From positions 8,183,582 to 8,247,581 of the forward strand of contig JAHRHZ010000031.1 of the NCBI GenBank assembly GCA_024137785.1: a DNA stretch of 64,000 bases. Direction: 5' to 3'. Position 1 is the first letter of the stretch; every line of letters begins with the position of its first letter. The position numbers and the translations under genes are program-made. The notes beneath the pieces are model-generated. The model saw nothing but the letters and a program-made list of their open reading frames with translations. It was not told the origin of the DNA and made no database searches. The stretch comes from Ginglymostoma cirratum (Eukaryota). Shown here in pieces: positions 13,519-25,889 of the stretch.

Positions 13519-15122
13519 GAAATGCATGTAAAATGAAAAAGCACAGGTATTTCAAAGCTTCTGTATTCAATTTGTACCAGTGATGGCTAGGTATCAAAGT
13601 CAGGAAACCGATGGCAAAGTATACTTCAGCTGTCATGCTCTTGACCTGAATCCATGCAGATTACATACAAAGTGAAATTTAAAAGCAAAATTTTACTTCA
13701 GTCCCTTCAGTTGCAGCAACCAACGGTGACCAATGCTCTTATGTGGTACCATACCATGCTTTTACTTAAAGAACTGTTCAGATGACATGTGATGTTAGAT
13801 TCTATGAGGGACAAGATACTTCCTTGCAGTGGAAATAGAAAATTCAAGCCAAACAAAGAAAATTGTTAAGAGGAATGAGTGCCCACACAAAATTAACCTG
13901 CAATGTATAAAAAACAATGTAGAGTTGAAACCTACAACCGAAGAACTAAAAAGGAATAACTCCGAGGTATCTGGCTTTAAATGTTCATCCAGCTAATGGC
14001 AAGGCAAGTCTAGCCAACTGGCCACTGCAGCTCAGTTTTTCAGAATGCAGTCTTTAAACAAATTACAAATAGATCATTATTATTAGAAACATTAAATGAT
14101 ACAGGACAATGGTCAGTGAATTCCGACAATTTCATGAAATCAACTTCCAAGCAAGCCCTTATTAAGCAGTGGTTTTAAAAGTTCCAAAGATGGTTTACTC
14201 AATTTCCTCGGTACTTAAGCTTATGGCAAAATCTGCTTTGAAGAAATACAGGCATTTTGCCAAACCTCTCAAAAGGCAAAATATTCAACATTCAGAAGGG
14301 CAGCTCTGTTTGCGTACAAAGGAAGCAGATGCAAAGTTGTGTGTTGGTGGAATGACACAATTCACATCCCAAGGCTTCAACCTCCAAGCTTCCCATGTGC
14401 AAGCGATCAACCAAGTAAACAGTACTCCACAAGAGAAGTTTAAAAGACCAGAACATAACACAAATCCTTTGTTTGCTCATCCTACAGGCACAAATACCTC
14501 TACAATTCAACAGTGCGAACATTGTGTCTCCACCCTGTTCTATTGGGAAAGATAAGCGCTATATAAAGAAATAAAATGCTGCTGATGCTGAGTGTTATCA
14601 TACAGTTGATGCCATTTACTCAATATTATGCCTCACACAAGTGAAGGGAAAGATATGTTGCCACAAATAGAAAAGAAAAGAAGAAACAGAAACCATTAGT
14701 TTGAATCCTCGTTGTATTAACAAGTATACCAAATAGTTGAGATTCAAATGAAACTGCAAATATTTTGATAGCTTAGGTATATTGTACACTTCAACATGAC
14801 AGACTGTTCACCATACCATCTGGTCAAGGGCTTGAAGCTCCTCCGATCCAAATTTCACAAAGCTAGCAGTAATAGATACTACATTTTAGAGAGTATGTGG
14901 TCTAATTTTAAATAGCTGCCAAAAACTGATGTGGGAATTGCAAACCAGTGACATGTGCACTTATCACTGGTTAGATGCATCAGCAGGAGACAAAAAGTTT
15001 GAGTGACCAAGACCACTTATAGTTAAGTTGCATTGATTAAAGCAAAACTCCAGTGGTTAAAAGGCCAGTGTAATAAATAGAAGCACATGTTGAGAATCAT
15101 GATTGAAGAGAATCTGACCCGG

Positions 15123-16273
15123 AAATTTGCACTGGAACTTGTATTTTCTGGTGGCTTTTTTTTTTAGCATTGTGCTGAGGAAAGACTGAGGATCAACACA
15201 ATAGGGGAAAGAGTGGCCTGTATGGTTCTCAGACACTGGTGATCTTATCACTAGTGAGGATAAGTAGGAGAGATGTCTTAAAATTGGAGGACATCAGATT
15301 CTCAGTCAAAAGCCAATCTGAACAGGTAACCAGGAGGTCAGTATTAGCATGTAATGCCGCAGGAAGTTCAATGACCTTACAATGACTGGCAATGATCAAT
15401 GAATTTATCAATAAATGACACCTTTCACCAACTATACCATTAGTCCCACACATTTTACCAGTCAATTCACTAAACCCTCATAACTCACCTGTCAACAATC
15501 AAAACTCATGCTCAACATTCAGAGATTTGTCTCACCCTCACATACTTAGTCCTCCGACAAGACTTGCCTCACACATACACATCCAACAACTTGCACACAA
15601 TACCAACTATTCAACCCTGACAACCACATAAGTCACAGTCATCTTTCTTGCAAGCTGAGATAGCACCAAACCAGTAGCATCATGTGGTTAGGGTTGGGGT
15701 TAGTGGTAACTGAATGGGATGGACAAACCTGCAAGACCAAACATCTGTGGAGGAAATGTTGCTAGCCTTTATTGAGGCAATTATTACCAAATCTGTGATC
15801 AATAGCTGACTGAAACCTTAAACCATGATGTTATTCTCATATTTAATCCTCCTGAAATCACACTTACCCTTCACCCAACCCTCTTCTAACTTAGAAGATG
15901 CAGACAATGTGAGCATGAAAGCCTGATTTTTATGGCCTTTTTGAACAGCAAGATTACCTTTGCACTAATGAAACCCACTGGGTGATTAGCTGGTGTTGTT
16001 ATGCAATATGACATCATTTGATTTATAAATTTGCACTGGAACTTTGGTTGTCTGCCGTCTTTACCTTAGCATTGTGGCCAAGCAATGATTAGTAACAGAG
16101 GGAGAGGAAGATATAAGTTGTTGGTGAATGAAAATCAACACAATAGGGGAAAGCTTGTACAGTTCTCAGACACTGGTGATCTTATCACTAGTGATGATAA
16201 GTAGGAGAGATGTCTTAAAATTGGAGGGCATCAGATTCTCAGTCAAAAGCCAATCTGAGCAGGTAACCAGGAG
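15123..16273 (+). repeat. Direct duplication 15123-15336 / 16027-16273 within a Harbinger Myb/SANT relic
   Basis: Near-identical ttctcagacactggtgatcttatcactagtga...aaagccaatctga.caggtaaccaggag in both copies; copy 1 continues tgc cgc agg aag ttc aat gac ctt (CRRKFNDL). Confidence 0.85.
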
Positions 16274-16595
16274 TTGCGTTTATTGCTGACACATTCATGA
16301 GAGTGTGATGCAGCATGACTCATCTTCACTTGGTCCTGCTTTTCTCTTTCTTTGTTATTGGCATCACGCTTAAACAAACTAGGCCTTATATTCGGGGGAT
16401 GTTTAAACACTAACTCACGGTGAGCAACTGGTTATAGACTGTGGGATAATAAACAACTATTCAGCCTGTGTAGAAGCAAAACATCTAAATTGCAGCTTAG
16501 CTGGTCTTGGAGCAAATGCTTCTCTTCACAATCTGTACACTTCTTTCTGCAGCACCATTCAATCTTGGTGTCAGTGGATATTTCACTTCATTCTT

Positions 16596-16830
16596 AGAGT
16601 CAGAGTTTAACAGCATGGAAAAGACCCTTCAGTCCAACCAGTCCATGCCGACCATGTTCCCAAACTAAACTAGTCCCGCCTGTCTGCACTTTGACCATCT
16701 CCCTCCAAACCTTTCCTATTCATGTACTTATCCAAATGTCTTCTAAATGCTGTAACTGTACCTGCATCCACCACTTTCTCTGGCAGTTCATTCCACACAC
16801 AAACCAATCTATGTAAAAAAGTTGCCCCTG
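16596..16830 (-). mobile_element. CR1/HER1 LINE 3' end
   Basis: acagcatggaaaagacccttcagtccaaccagtccatgccgacc...ttatccaaatgtcttctaaatgc is the reverse complement of the CR1 3' end seen at ~6700-6900. Confidence 0.85.
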
Positions 16831-17004
16831 TGATCTCTAGTTTAATAATACCCTTTCTATAAAAGAGTAAACTTATTCAGAAATATTTCATACTCTCCTG
16901 AAGTAAATCATGGACACATTCTGGCACGAACACGTTTAGAAACCCATGAACTGCAAATCAACATCTCAAACGCTTAATAGTTTTGGTACTATACAGAGCA
17001 GCAG

Positions 17005-17266
17005 ATAATGGGAATGCCACCACTTGCAAAGTCCCCTCCAAGCAACTCAACATCTTCACTTGGAAACATATTATCATTCCTTCTGCACCATTCAAAACAA
17101 AATCCTGGAATTCACTTCTAACAGCATTGTTGGTATACTGACAGCAAATATAGTATAGCGGTTCAAGGTGGCATCCCACTATCATTTTCAAAGACAACTA
17201 GGAATAGGCAATAAATGATGTCCCAGCCCACGATGCCTACATTCCATGACTGAATTTTAAAAAAAT
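17005..17266 (+). mobile_element. 3' end of a second LINE family (same family as 58905-59990)
   Basis: Shares caccacttgcaaagtcccctcc...acttggaa...aaaatcctggaattc...ggcaataaatg with 59730-59990. Confidence 0.75.
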
Positions 17267-18469
17267 TCATGTATTGAGTACAGACTCAACTTTTATCCAT
17301 TTACTATAGCTATTGCCCAAAACAAGACAATCTTTGTCTTCCAATTCAAAGACAGGCAAGTATCCATGCACAGTTTTTTTTTTATATTTGACTATGGAAT
17401 GCATGAAAGGACAAATCATTTTTCATTTAGAGACATATTTCACAATTTATCACCTTCTTAATTGTCCCTGACATTTCAAATCTATCCAGCACTTTTCTTC
17501 CTGCTTCTAATCATGCAAAAGGCACTGACCTCCCCTCGCAAAATGTCAGATGCACACTGTTCTTTATCTTGACTTGGCTGACATATCAGGGTATTTAAAC
17601 AGTCAATGGCTACCATGGCAGCATCTAAATTTGTGATTCTGTGAGAGAACTCAGTTTTCATTGCTTGGATCTTACTACAATCTGGTAGACTCTTTAAAAC
17701 TATGCCCCATCCTGTTCCGTTTGCCAAAATGGATCACCTCACACTTCTGTGTATTAAATTATATCTGCCATTAAATTAGTTTATCTATGATTGTGTTAGG
17801 AATAAACAAAGCTAGCAGTACTTTTACCCTCCTTAAATTTATATCAATTCCTTCTCAAGAACAAGTCAAGATCACATTTTAAACAATCAGCTCCACATTC
17901 TATTGAAGAACAGGTACTTCATAATATGCACAGTAAAGGAGTCCATGATAAACACATTCAACATAAGACAGAAATTACTTGTGACTAGTCTACATTGTCC
18001 AGATGTATTATTCTAACAGCCAAACAGATTTGTCACAGTGGAGAAGTCATATTTAAATAATCCTGTAGATGGAACATCGAGGTTAAAGTAAGATAAACTT
18101 GAGTGATATTAGATGTTCTATTAGATTCTTCCATAACTGCAATAGTGAGCTTAAAATCCTTGCAGCTTTTTGGTCACATTTATGGGACACAAAAGCTAAA
18201 TTTCTACAAGATGATACTTTTCAGAGAGAAACATTTCTGAAAATTCCCAAGGAGACAGAAGACAGAGAATGAATACCATGGAAACTAAGTAATTACTTTG
18301 ATGGTTTGAACGATCCTTACAGACTGTGTTTTTCCTTCCAGAGATCTGCTTAAATGAAAATAGGTCAAGTTCAAAGAAAAGCAGACTTTCACAATTTTTA
18401 TTGGTATTATAAAGCTTTGAAGAAGTTTAATATCTTTGCTATCACAAATCACTTTGGCAGAAAGAATAG

Positions 18470-19220
18470 AAAAGCAAAAGCAACATTTTGGGGATGCTGG
18501 GAATGTAAACTGCTGCCTCCTCAACAGGTCTAGCAGCATCCGCAGATTGAGAAAGGCAGTTAATGTTTTGGGTTCAATACAAATCTTCTTCAGAACTCAG
18601 GAAGAATAACTTTCCATTGCATGATAGTGCAGAACTTGAATACAATTGAAAGAATACACAGTTTGTAAAGGTTTTGCATCTTGCACACATCAGGACATTC
18701 ACAAGAATGCCAATAAAGGGGAAACAAACACTCTGTGTGGAAGGAGGGTGCTGATTGGTTGCCAAGTGCACTCTGATTGGTCGCGACATAAGGCTTTGTT
18801 AAGATTTTAAACCAGGCAAGTTGTCTCCGATTGGGACAGGGGAGGGGAGGGTATTTCCCTGAGAAATGTGTTGATGAATGGCAATTGGGGTCAACTTGCC
18901 TGGTTTAAAATCTTAACGAAGCCTGGCACCTAACTGTCAATTACTATTAGCTGCTGCACCTTGCACAGCAAACCTCTTCCAGTCAGACTCTACTTGGCAA
19001 TCAATCAACACGCTTCTCTCATGCAGAACAAACATTGATGTTTATTTATGTTTTATTCCTACTTACCTTTATTGGTATGCTTATGCATTTTTCTGATGAG
19101 TTTTCTTTTACAGCAACACTCAAGAAGAACTCTGAAGAAGAGTCACACTGAACTCAAAATGTTAACTCCTTTCTTCTCTCCATGGATGCTGCTGACCTGC
19201 TGAGTTTCTCCACCATTTTT
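18470..19220. mobile_element. Nested palindromic composite of Penelope-derived elements
   Basis: Outer inverted arms ~18480-18597 / ~19125-19220, middle inverted arms ~18630-18780 / ~18978-19124, inner 33-bp inverted pair 18791-18823 / 18892-18924. Confidence 0.7.
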
Positions 19221-19254
19221 TATATTAGAATAGAAAAGGACTAGTGGTCCTGTT

Positions 19255-19800
19255 ACATGATTCACAGTTAGCATGCAGCGACAAGGAGTGATCGTAAAGG
19301 CGAATTAAATGTTCTTGCTTATTGCAAGGGGAATGGACTACAAATAGAAAGGCTTCACTTCTGTTGTACAGGGCCCTGGCGAGACCATGTCTGGAGCTCT
19401 TTGTACTGTTTTACCTCCTTACTTACACATACAATTGCATTTGAAGTAGTCTGGAGATTATTATCCAACTGTTCCTTGGGATAAAAGGGTTTATCTAATG
19501 AAGAAAGGCTACACAGGCTGGTCATGTCTCAGTTTCAATTCAGAAGAATGAGCAATAAGCTTACTGAAGTGCAACAGATAAAGACAGATATTGTTGCTCT
19601 CAGAAAACCATCAATCTGTGAAATTCACTTTCCCCGTGAATTAGGTGGATTCTCGGTTGACAAGGAAGTCAAAGGGTGTATGGTGTACACAGGAAAGTAA
19701 ATTTGAGGGCACAATCACTTCAGCAATGACCTCATCAAATGGCGGAGCAAGCCTGAGGAGCAGAATGGCTTGAATGCTCCTACTCTTAGTTCATGTTTAA
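19255..19800 (+). mobile_element. Old degenerate CR1 fragment
   Basis: ttattgcaaggggaatggactac...ctggcgagaccatgtctggag...gcagaatggc...ctcctact matches CR1 ORF2 end/3'UTR. Confidence 0.7.
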
Positions 19801-20062
19801 TTTGTACATATGTAAAATGGCAGGCACCTTCATGGTGAATGATAACGATTTCTTAAGAAGTGATCTCAAGAATCAGAGAAATTTGTCCTTAATAAGTATG
19901 AGTAAAATTTAAAATTGGGAGTCAGGCATGTGGGAATTCTTAATGTAACAGTTTGGTTAGTAAGCAAAGTATATGTGGAATAACTTTAATCACAAATTCA
20001 ACTGACAGAACGTCATTCCCATTCTGATTAACAATACCACGACATCATAAAAAAGGAGAGCC

Positions 20063-20213
20063 AACACAGTGTGGAGCTGGAAGAACACAGCAGGCCAGAT
20101 AACATCAGAGGAGCAGGAAAGTTGACATTTCGGGACCCTGACCCAAAACATCAACTTTCCTGCTCCACTGATGCTACCTAGCCTGCTGTGTTCCTCCAGC
20201 TCCACACTGTGTT
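20063..20213. mobile_element. 151-bp hairpin (fold-back) Penelope-derived element with ~18-bp TSD
   Basis: aacacagtgtggagctgga...tccagctccacactgtgtt is a near-perfect palindrome, flanked by acatcataaaaaa(g/t)gaga at 20042-20059 and 20214-20231. Confidence 0.9.
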
Positions 20214-20839
20214 ACATCATAAAAAATGAGATTTGATTTGAAGAAGAGAGGGACACAACAATTGCAAAAACTGACTGGTCAGTTTAACTGGTTGGTCTTG
20301 CAAATTAGATGAGAGTCAAGTAATTAAGTAGTAAGATGAGACACTTGAAAGTAGAGTATGGTTTAAGGGCAAATGAAGCAAAATAAAATTAATTCTGGAT
20401 CAGTAGCTACTCGAGTTTCCAGCTTCAGTTACCTCAAAAGAATATGACACTCGTCCTTTTTATCAATGTTTCACATGGTAATTTCTCTCATGGACATGCC
20501 AATGCAGCTGGTTTCATAATAGTTCTGATGGGTGAGAATGGATAAAATGCCCTTTAATTCAGGAAATAAACATTTTTTACAAGGTACTTCAACTGCTGAA
20601 ACACTATCTGTAGTGGGGTGTTGGATAAGGGATTCTATTAGTCAAGTATTTAAAGAGAGACCCTATCAGGGAGTGTATGGAGGCTAGTATACCCATGGAA
20701 CAGCAGGTGGCTAAAAGTTCAATGTCAGATAAAGTATATTCTGTGAAAAGTGAGAGTCAAGGGCCACAGATTTACCATGCTGGCTTGAAACAGACGTTGG
20801 GGTGACAGGAGATTTCTAAAATTAAATGAGCAGATACAA

Positions 20840-21182
20840 GGGCAGCACAGTGTCTCAGTGGTTAGCACTACTGCCTCACAGCATGAGGGATCTGGGTTTG
20901 ATTCTACCCTCAGGCAACTGTCCATGGGGAGCCTGCATGTCTTCCCCAGTTTCCTCCGGGTGCTCCAGTTTCCTCCCACAGTCCCAGGGTGTGCAGATTA
21001 GGTGGATTGGCCATGCTATGGATGTGGGATGTTTCCTCCCACAGTCCATGGATGTGCAGGCTATGTAGGTTAGCCATGGGAAATCTAGGATTACACGGTT
21101 GGCTGGGGGTGGTTGGGTCTGAATGGAACACTCTTCAGAGGGTCAGTGTGGACTCAATGGGTTGATTGGCCTGTTTCCACAC
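20840..21182 (+). mobile_element. HE1-type V-SINE with internal duplication
   Basis: gggcagcacagtgtctcagtggttagcactactgcctcacagc head; tttcctcccacagtcc...gtgcag occurs twice. Confidence 0.88.
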
Positions 21183-22516
21183 CGATATGACGTTATCAAC
21201 TGTCAAGTATTTTGTGAAAGTTCAAAGAAATTGGATGGGGTCTAGAGGCAAGGCACCTTACAATACAGTGTTTAATACAAAATATGGACATCTTTGAATT
21301 GTTTTGAATTTTCTTGTTGTATGTATTGGCTCAGTTTATTTTCTGAAAGAAGGGAATGTGTTAGTTGCGTATTCATTGCTAAATCACATAACTATGATTC
21401 ATTTGCCCTCCAAGTAGGAGCAGTCTGAAATTGTAGTTGTCATGCGAGCAGGTGCATGTTTACAGTGTAGATCTGTGTGTTAAAGTTTATTAAAATGTGT
21501 ACAGATTGGATCAAGTTCTATCCTTCACCATCTGGCTGTTTTGGAACCAAACACTGATTACCTGTAAACCTTTCACTAGCATTTCACCTATTAATAGGTT
21601 TCAGGAAATGTTTTTTCCAGATAGCAATAAATATTAAGCTCTGTAAAGTAATTATAGTGCCACTACAAAACATTTGTCAGACCACAAGAACTGAGGGTAA
21701 TTGTGTTTCCAACACAGGGAGGGCAGAAGGTGGTAATATAAACAACTCTCAGTAGGTGGGCCCATCATTTATACATTTGAATGAGGCTCCATGCCTCAAG
21801 TTTTTCTTTAATTCTAGTTTTAATACAGACAAACCCAGTATCAGAAACCCTGGCAGCTGAAGGGAGACCAGGGCTGCTGGATGAACAAGTGCCTTTTCAA
21901 CATGGCCTATGAGACACAGAAGTCTGACAATTTCCCCTCCTCTTGTCATTTTTCCCAGCAACTGGGCCAATCACCTGGCAGCAGTGATCTGAAGTCCTCC
22001 AGGGCCAAGTCCTCCTGGTACCCAATGATCATCATGGGCTCACACATCACCAAATTTCCCTGCTCCCCTGCCATTCATGCCACAGCTATAATTACCATCA
22101 ATGTCTCCCTATCTCCTCTGCTGCTTAACTGTGGCTTGTTGCAACAAGTAGCCAGCCATCTTCTCAATGCTGCAGGTTGCCATCAGCAATTAATTTCAAA
22201 AATTGTGATCACATCCTCCAATCCAATTCAGCAGACCATTCTCCTCCCATTTCTCAACTGTAAAACTGCCTCCTCCCTGTCATTTGCTACTCACCTCAAT
22301 ATAAATATTGGAATGTTTGCTTCACAATGAATGGCTTAAATCAAATTACTTCCAAAAATTTGTGATGGACCTGTTAATTTGCACAAGTTAAGTCTGGTTC
22401 CATGCTGGAGAGCTTCAGCCTCGTGCTAGGCTCTGTGTTCGACCAGTTCTTCATCTTTGACTTCAGCCAAGAAGTATTGAAAATCAAATCTCAGCTACAA
22501 CATAAATCTTGCTTAC

Positions 22517-23210
22517 TGTAATGAAAGGTGTAATATTTGGATTTGAGTTTGAATTGTAAAATAGAAGCATTTTGGGTTGCTTACTTTTATGATGGATTTA
22601 AAACAAAACTAGGTCATACAGTCCTTCCAGAACAGTGACCTAATTGAGTTTGTGTCTATTATGTCTAAACTGAAGACATGCTGAACTGTTAATGGGAGAT
22701 CGTTTTGTAGTGGTGGTTTACAAGAAGGACTGTAAACATTGGAGGCCATTTTTTTCCCCCTGGTTCAGGATAATCAAGAATTGATTTTGGCTTAGGAAAC
22801 TGAGATCGAAAGTTTTAGGTAGTTTTTAAGAGGAAACTGGAATATGGTCACACGTAAAAATAGTTTCTGTTCCAAGTAGGAGGGTAGAACACATCACGGA
22901 AAGCACAGCCACCTCAGTGTAAAAGTTTAGCTTGTGAAACTTCCAAGCCAGAAGTGGATAGTGTCAGGAAATGGAATGAAACATTTTTTTGCATGTTTTA
23001 AGATCTTTCAGTTTGCGTATCATATTTAGCTCACTTGGTTTGTTTTCTTTTGTGTAATAAAATTCTGTTCTGTTGCTCAAGAAATTCTACAACCTTTGTG
23101 ACTGTTTTCCAGTGACTGACCATCGTATTCCTGAAAAAAGTGATCTATCAAGTCAGATTTAATTATGGATTGTGACTTGTCCAGTGGTACCATGGGGTGG
23201 TATCATAATA
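22517..23210 (+). mobile_element. Probable solo LTR
   Basis: Begins TGTAATG, has an internal AATAAA, and its 3' part resembles 50440-50580 (aacctttg...cagtgac...tca.g.cagattt...atc.taa/tcaca); flanks cttac/ctttc. Confidence 0.5.
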
Positions 23211-24614
23211 CTTTCAAATTTACATTGACTTGCTCACACTTATGATATCTCATGCCATATATATGGAGGATGGTTTGATTTTGTGACAATCAGGTCAGTG
23301 GGGTGAAAGGTTCTGGCCTGTTTTTGTATTGCCCTGATCATAGCATTGCATCTCCATGACCTGTATAGTAGAGCAGTGCACAGGCCACACCCTGAGAACT
23401 CATGCTGTAGTCTGCAATTCTTTATACAAGTCCTTCTTTCAGGGATCCTATAAAACTCAACCAACATTGGGTTTATATCCATGTGCACAACAGGACTGCA
23501 CAAAATTTGGCAAAGCCAGTGTTGACAGGCAATTTCTGAGACAGCTTTTGTCAGAAGCAGTGGCAGAAGTGAAGTAATTTGCCTTAGGTACCTTGGATAC
23601 AATTAATTGTGGTTTCAGTAAGAGGCACAGACATAAGGTTGTCTAAGTATTATGAACAGGACAACAAAATTAGCATTCATGCTGCCAGCAAGTTACATGG
23701 TGAATGACAGTACTGTCATACTGGTTAGTCACAAAACAAAAACACTATTCTACACAGTACTATTGATTACATTCCAATCCCAAGTGACAAGCACTGTTAT
23801 TCAGATGCAGGTAATGCATGTAGAGTAGGAAAAAAGTGCACAACAATTGTTGTGCGGTCAGCTAGTTTGCCAAAAACAAACATTTTAAAAATGTGAACGA
23901 GAGGGAAATGGAGCTCACATTGATGATAGGCTGCAGGGTTATGGATATCAAATCGAATCCTCTGACTGACAATGATTAACATGTTATTAAAAGATTTTGA
24001 GTTGTTCCAAATCATTGAGGTAGAAAAATGAATGTCTAATACAGAATCCAATGGTTCTTTCTTACATCAACAAACTCAGTGAAATTAACTGCACGCATTA
24101 TCATTTGGATCAATGTCTCCTCACAGCTGTTCATCTAAAGAACTGGGCACTTCTAATTAATAAAAGGAAAAATGCACTTTATGAAAGATGAAGTCTTACT
24201 AATTTAAATTGTTGCAGCAATAGATGGTTGGTTATTTCACCCTTAAGATTGGTATAGAAAAGGAGAGCAGTCCAAAACGCATATTCAGTGACCAATCTCG
24301 ACCGCCTTTCAAAAAATGTCAAGTTGACTTACTATTAATTAATTAATAGAAGTAAACTTATTATGAAACACTTAAAAATCCACTTGCAGTCAACAAATCA
24401 CATGTATGTTATGAACTGAACTTACAAAGTCCATTAAGGTCTTGTATTTGATGGTGAAATAAAAAGAGTTGGGGGAGGCTGTTGGTACTGGGTGGGTAGA
24501 ATAGATATAAAGAACAGTTGCCAATCCAAGAACTGGGAGTGGTTGCCAAAAAGCTTCATCAAAATGATGGGTAAAAGGGGATTTTTAAAGGTAGGGTGAA
24601 AAGCAGGCAGATGA

Positions 24615-25789
24615 ATGGTTTCATCTCGGGACCTAGTTGCAGAGGAGGACAGTGTGAGACAGGCTGGTAGGCTAGAGGAGGTCAATGTTAAGAAGGAAGA
24701 TGTACTAGGAATTTTGAAAAACTTGAAGATAGATAAGTCCCCCAGGCCTGATGGGATTTGTCCAAGGATTCTATGGGAAGCAAGGGAAGAGATCACAGCG
24801 TCTTTGGCGATGATCTTTTCATCCTCACTGTCCACGGGTATAGTGCCGGAAGATTGGAGAGAGGCAAACATCATTCCCTTGTTCAAAAAAGGGAATAGGG
24901 ATAACTCCGGAAATTACAGGCCAGTTAGTCTTATGTCAGTGGTGGGAAAATTACTGGAAAGGGCTCTGAAAGATAGGATTTATGATCACTTGGAAAGGCA
25001 CAGTTTGATTCGTGATAGTCAGCATGGATTTGTGAGGGGTAGATCATGCCTCACAAACCTTACTGAATTCTTTGAAGAGGTGACCAAACACATGGATGAA
25101 GGTAGAGCAGTGGATGTGGTATACATGGATTTAAGTAAGGTGTTTGATAAGGTTCCCCATGGTAGGCTCATGCAGAAGGTAAGGAGGAATGGGATAGAGG
25201 GAAATGTGGCAGATTGGATTCAGAATTGGCTGACCCTTAGAAGACAAAGGGTGGTACTGGACGGAAAATATTCAACTTGTTGTGTTACGAGTGGTGTACC
25301 ACAAGGATCTGTTCTGGGTCCTCTTCTATTTGTGATTTTTGTAAATGATTTGGATGAAGGAGTGGAAGGGTGGATTCGTAAGTCCATGGACGATACGAAG
25401 GTGGGTCGCGTTGTGGACAGTGCGGAGGGCTGTTCTAGGTTACAAAGGGACATTGATAGGATGCAGAGCTGGGCTGAGAAGTGGCAGATGGAGTTTAACC
25501 CTGAAAAGTGTGAGGTGATTCATTTTGGAAGGACAAACTTGAAAGCAGAATACAGGGTTAACGGAAAGATTCTTAGCAGTGTGGAGGAGCAGAGGGATCT
25601 TGGGGTTCATGTCCACAGTTCCCTGAAAGCTGCCACCCAAGTGGATAGAGTTCTTAAGAAGGCGTATGGTGTGTTAGCTTTCATTAATAGAGGGACTGAG
25701 TTCAAGAGCTGTGAAGTTATGCTCCAGCTATACAAAAGCCTAGTTCGGCCACATCTTTCCTGTAATGAGGTGACCAGAACTGGACACAA
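24615..25789 (+). pseudogene. CR1 ORF2 reverse-transcriptase domain (truncated; FADD motif altered to SMDD)
   Basis: KSPRPDGI, NYRPVSL, SQHGF, YMDLSKVFDKV, SGVPQGSVLGPLLF, IRKSMDDTK; no endonuclease domain. Confidence 0.93.
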
Positions 25790-25889
25790 NNNNNNNNNNN
25801 NNNNNNNNNNNNNNNNNNNNNNNNNNNNNNNNNNNNNNNNNNNNNNNNNNNNNNNNNNNNNNNNNNNNNNNNNNNNNNNNNNNNNNNNN
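25790..25889. other. Assembly gap (100 N)
   Basis: Run of N. Confidence 1.

Noticed and set aside
21881-22330. 149-aa plus ORF
   Set aside because: No domain recognisable; the C/T-rich sequence looks like a decayed LINE remnant, as does ~35500-35950.
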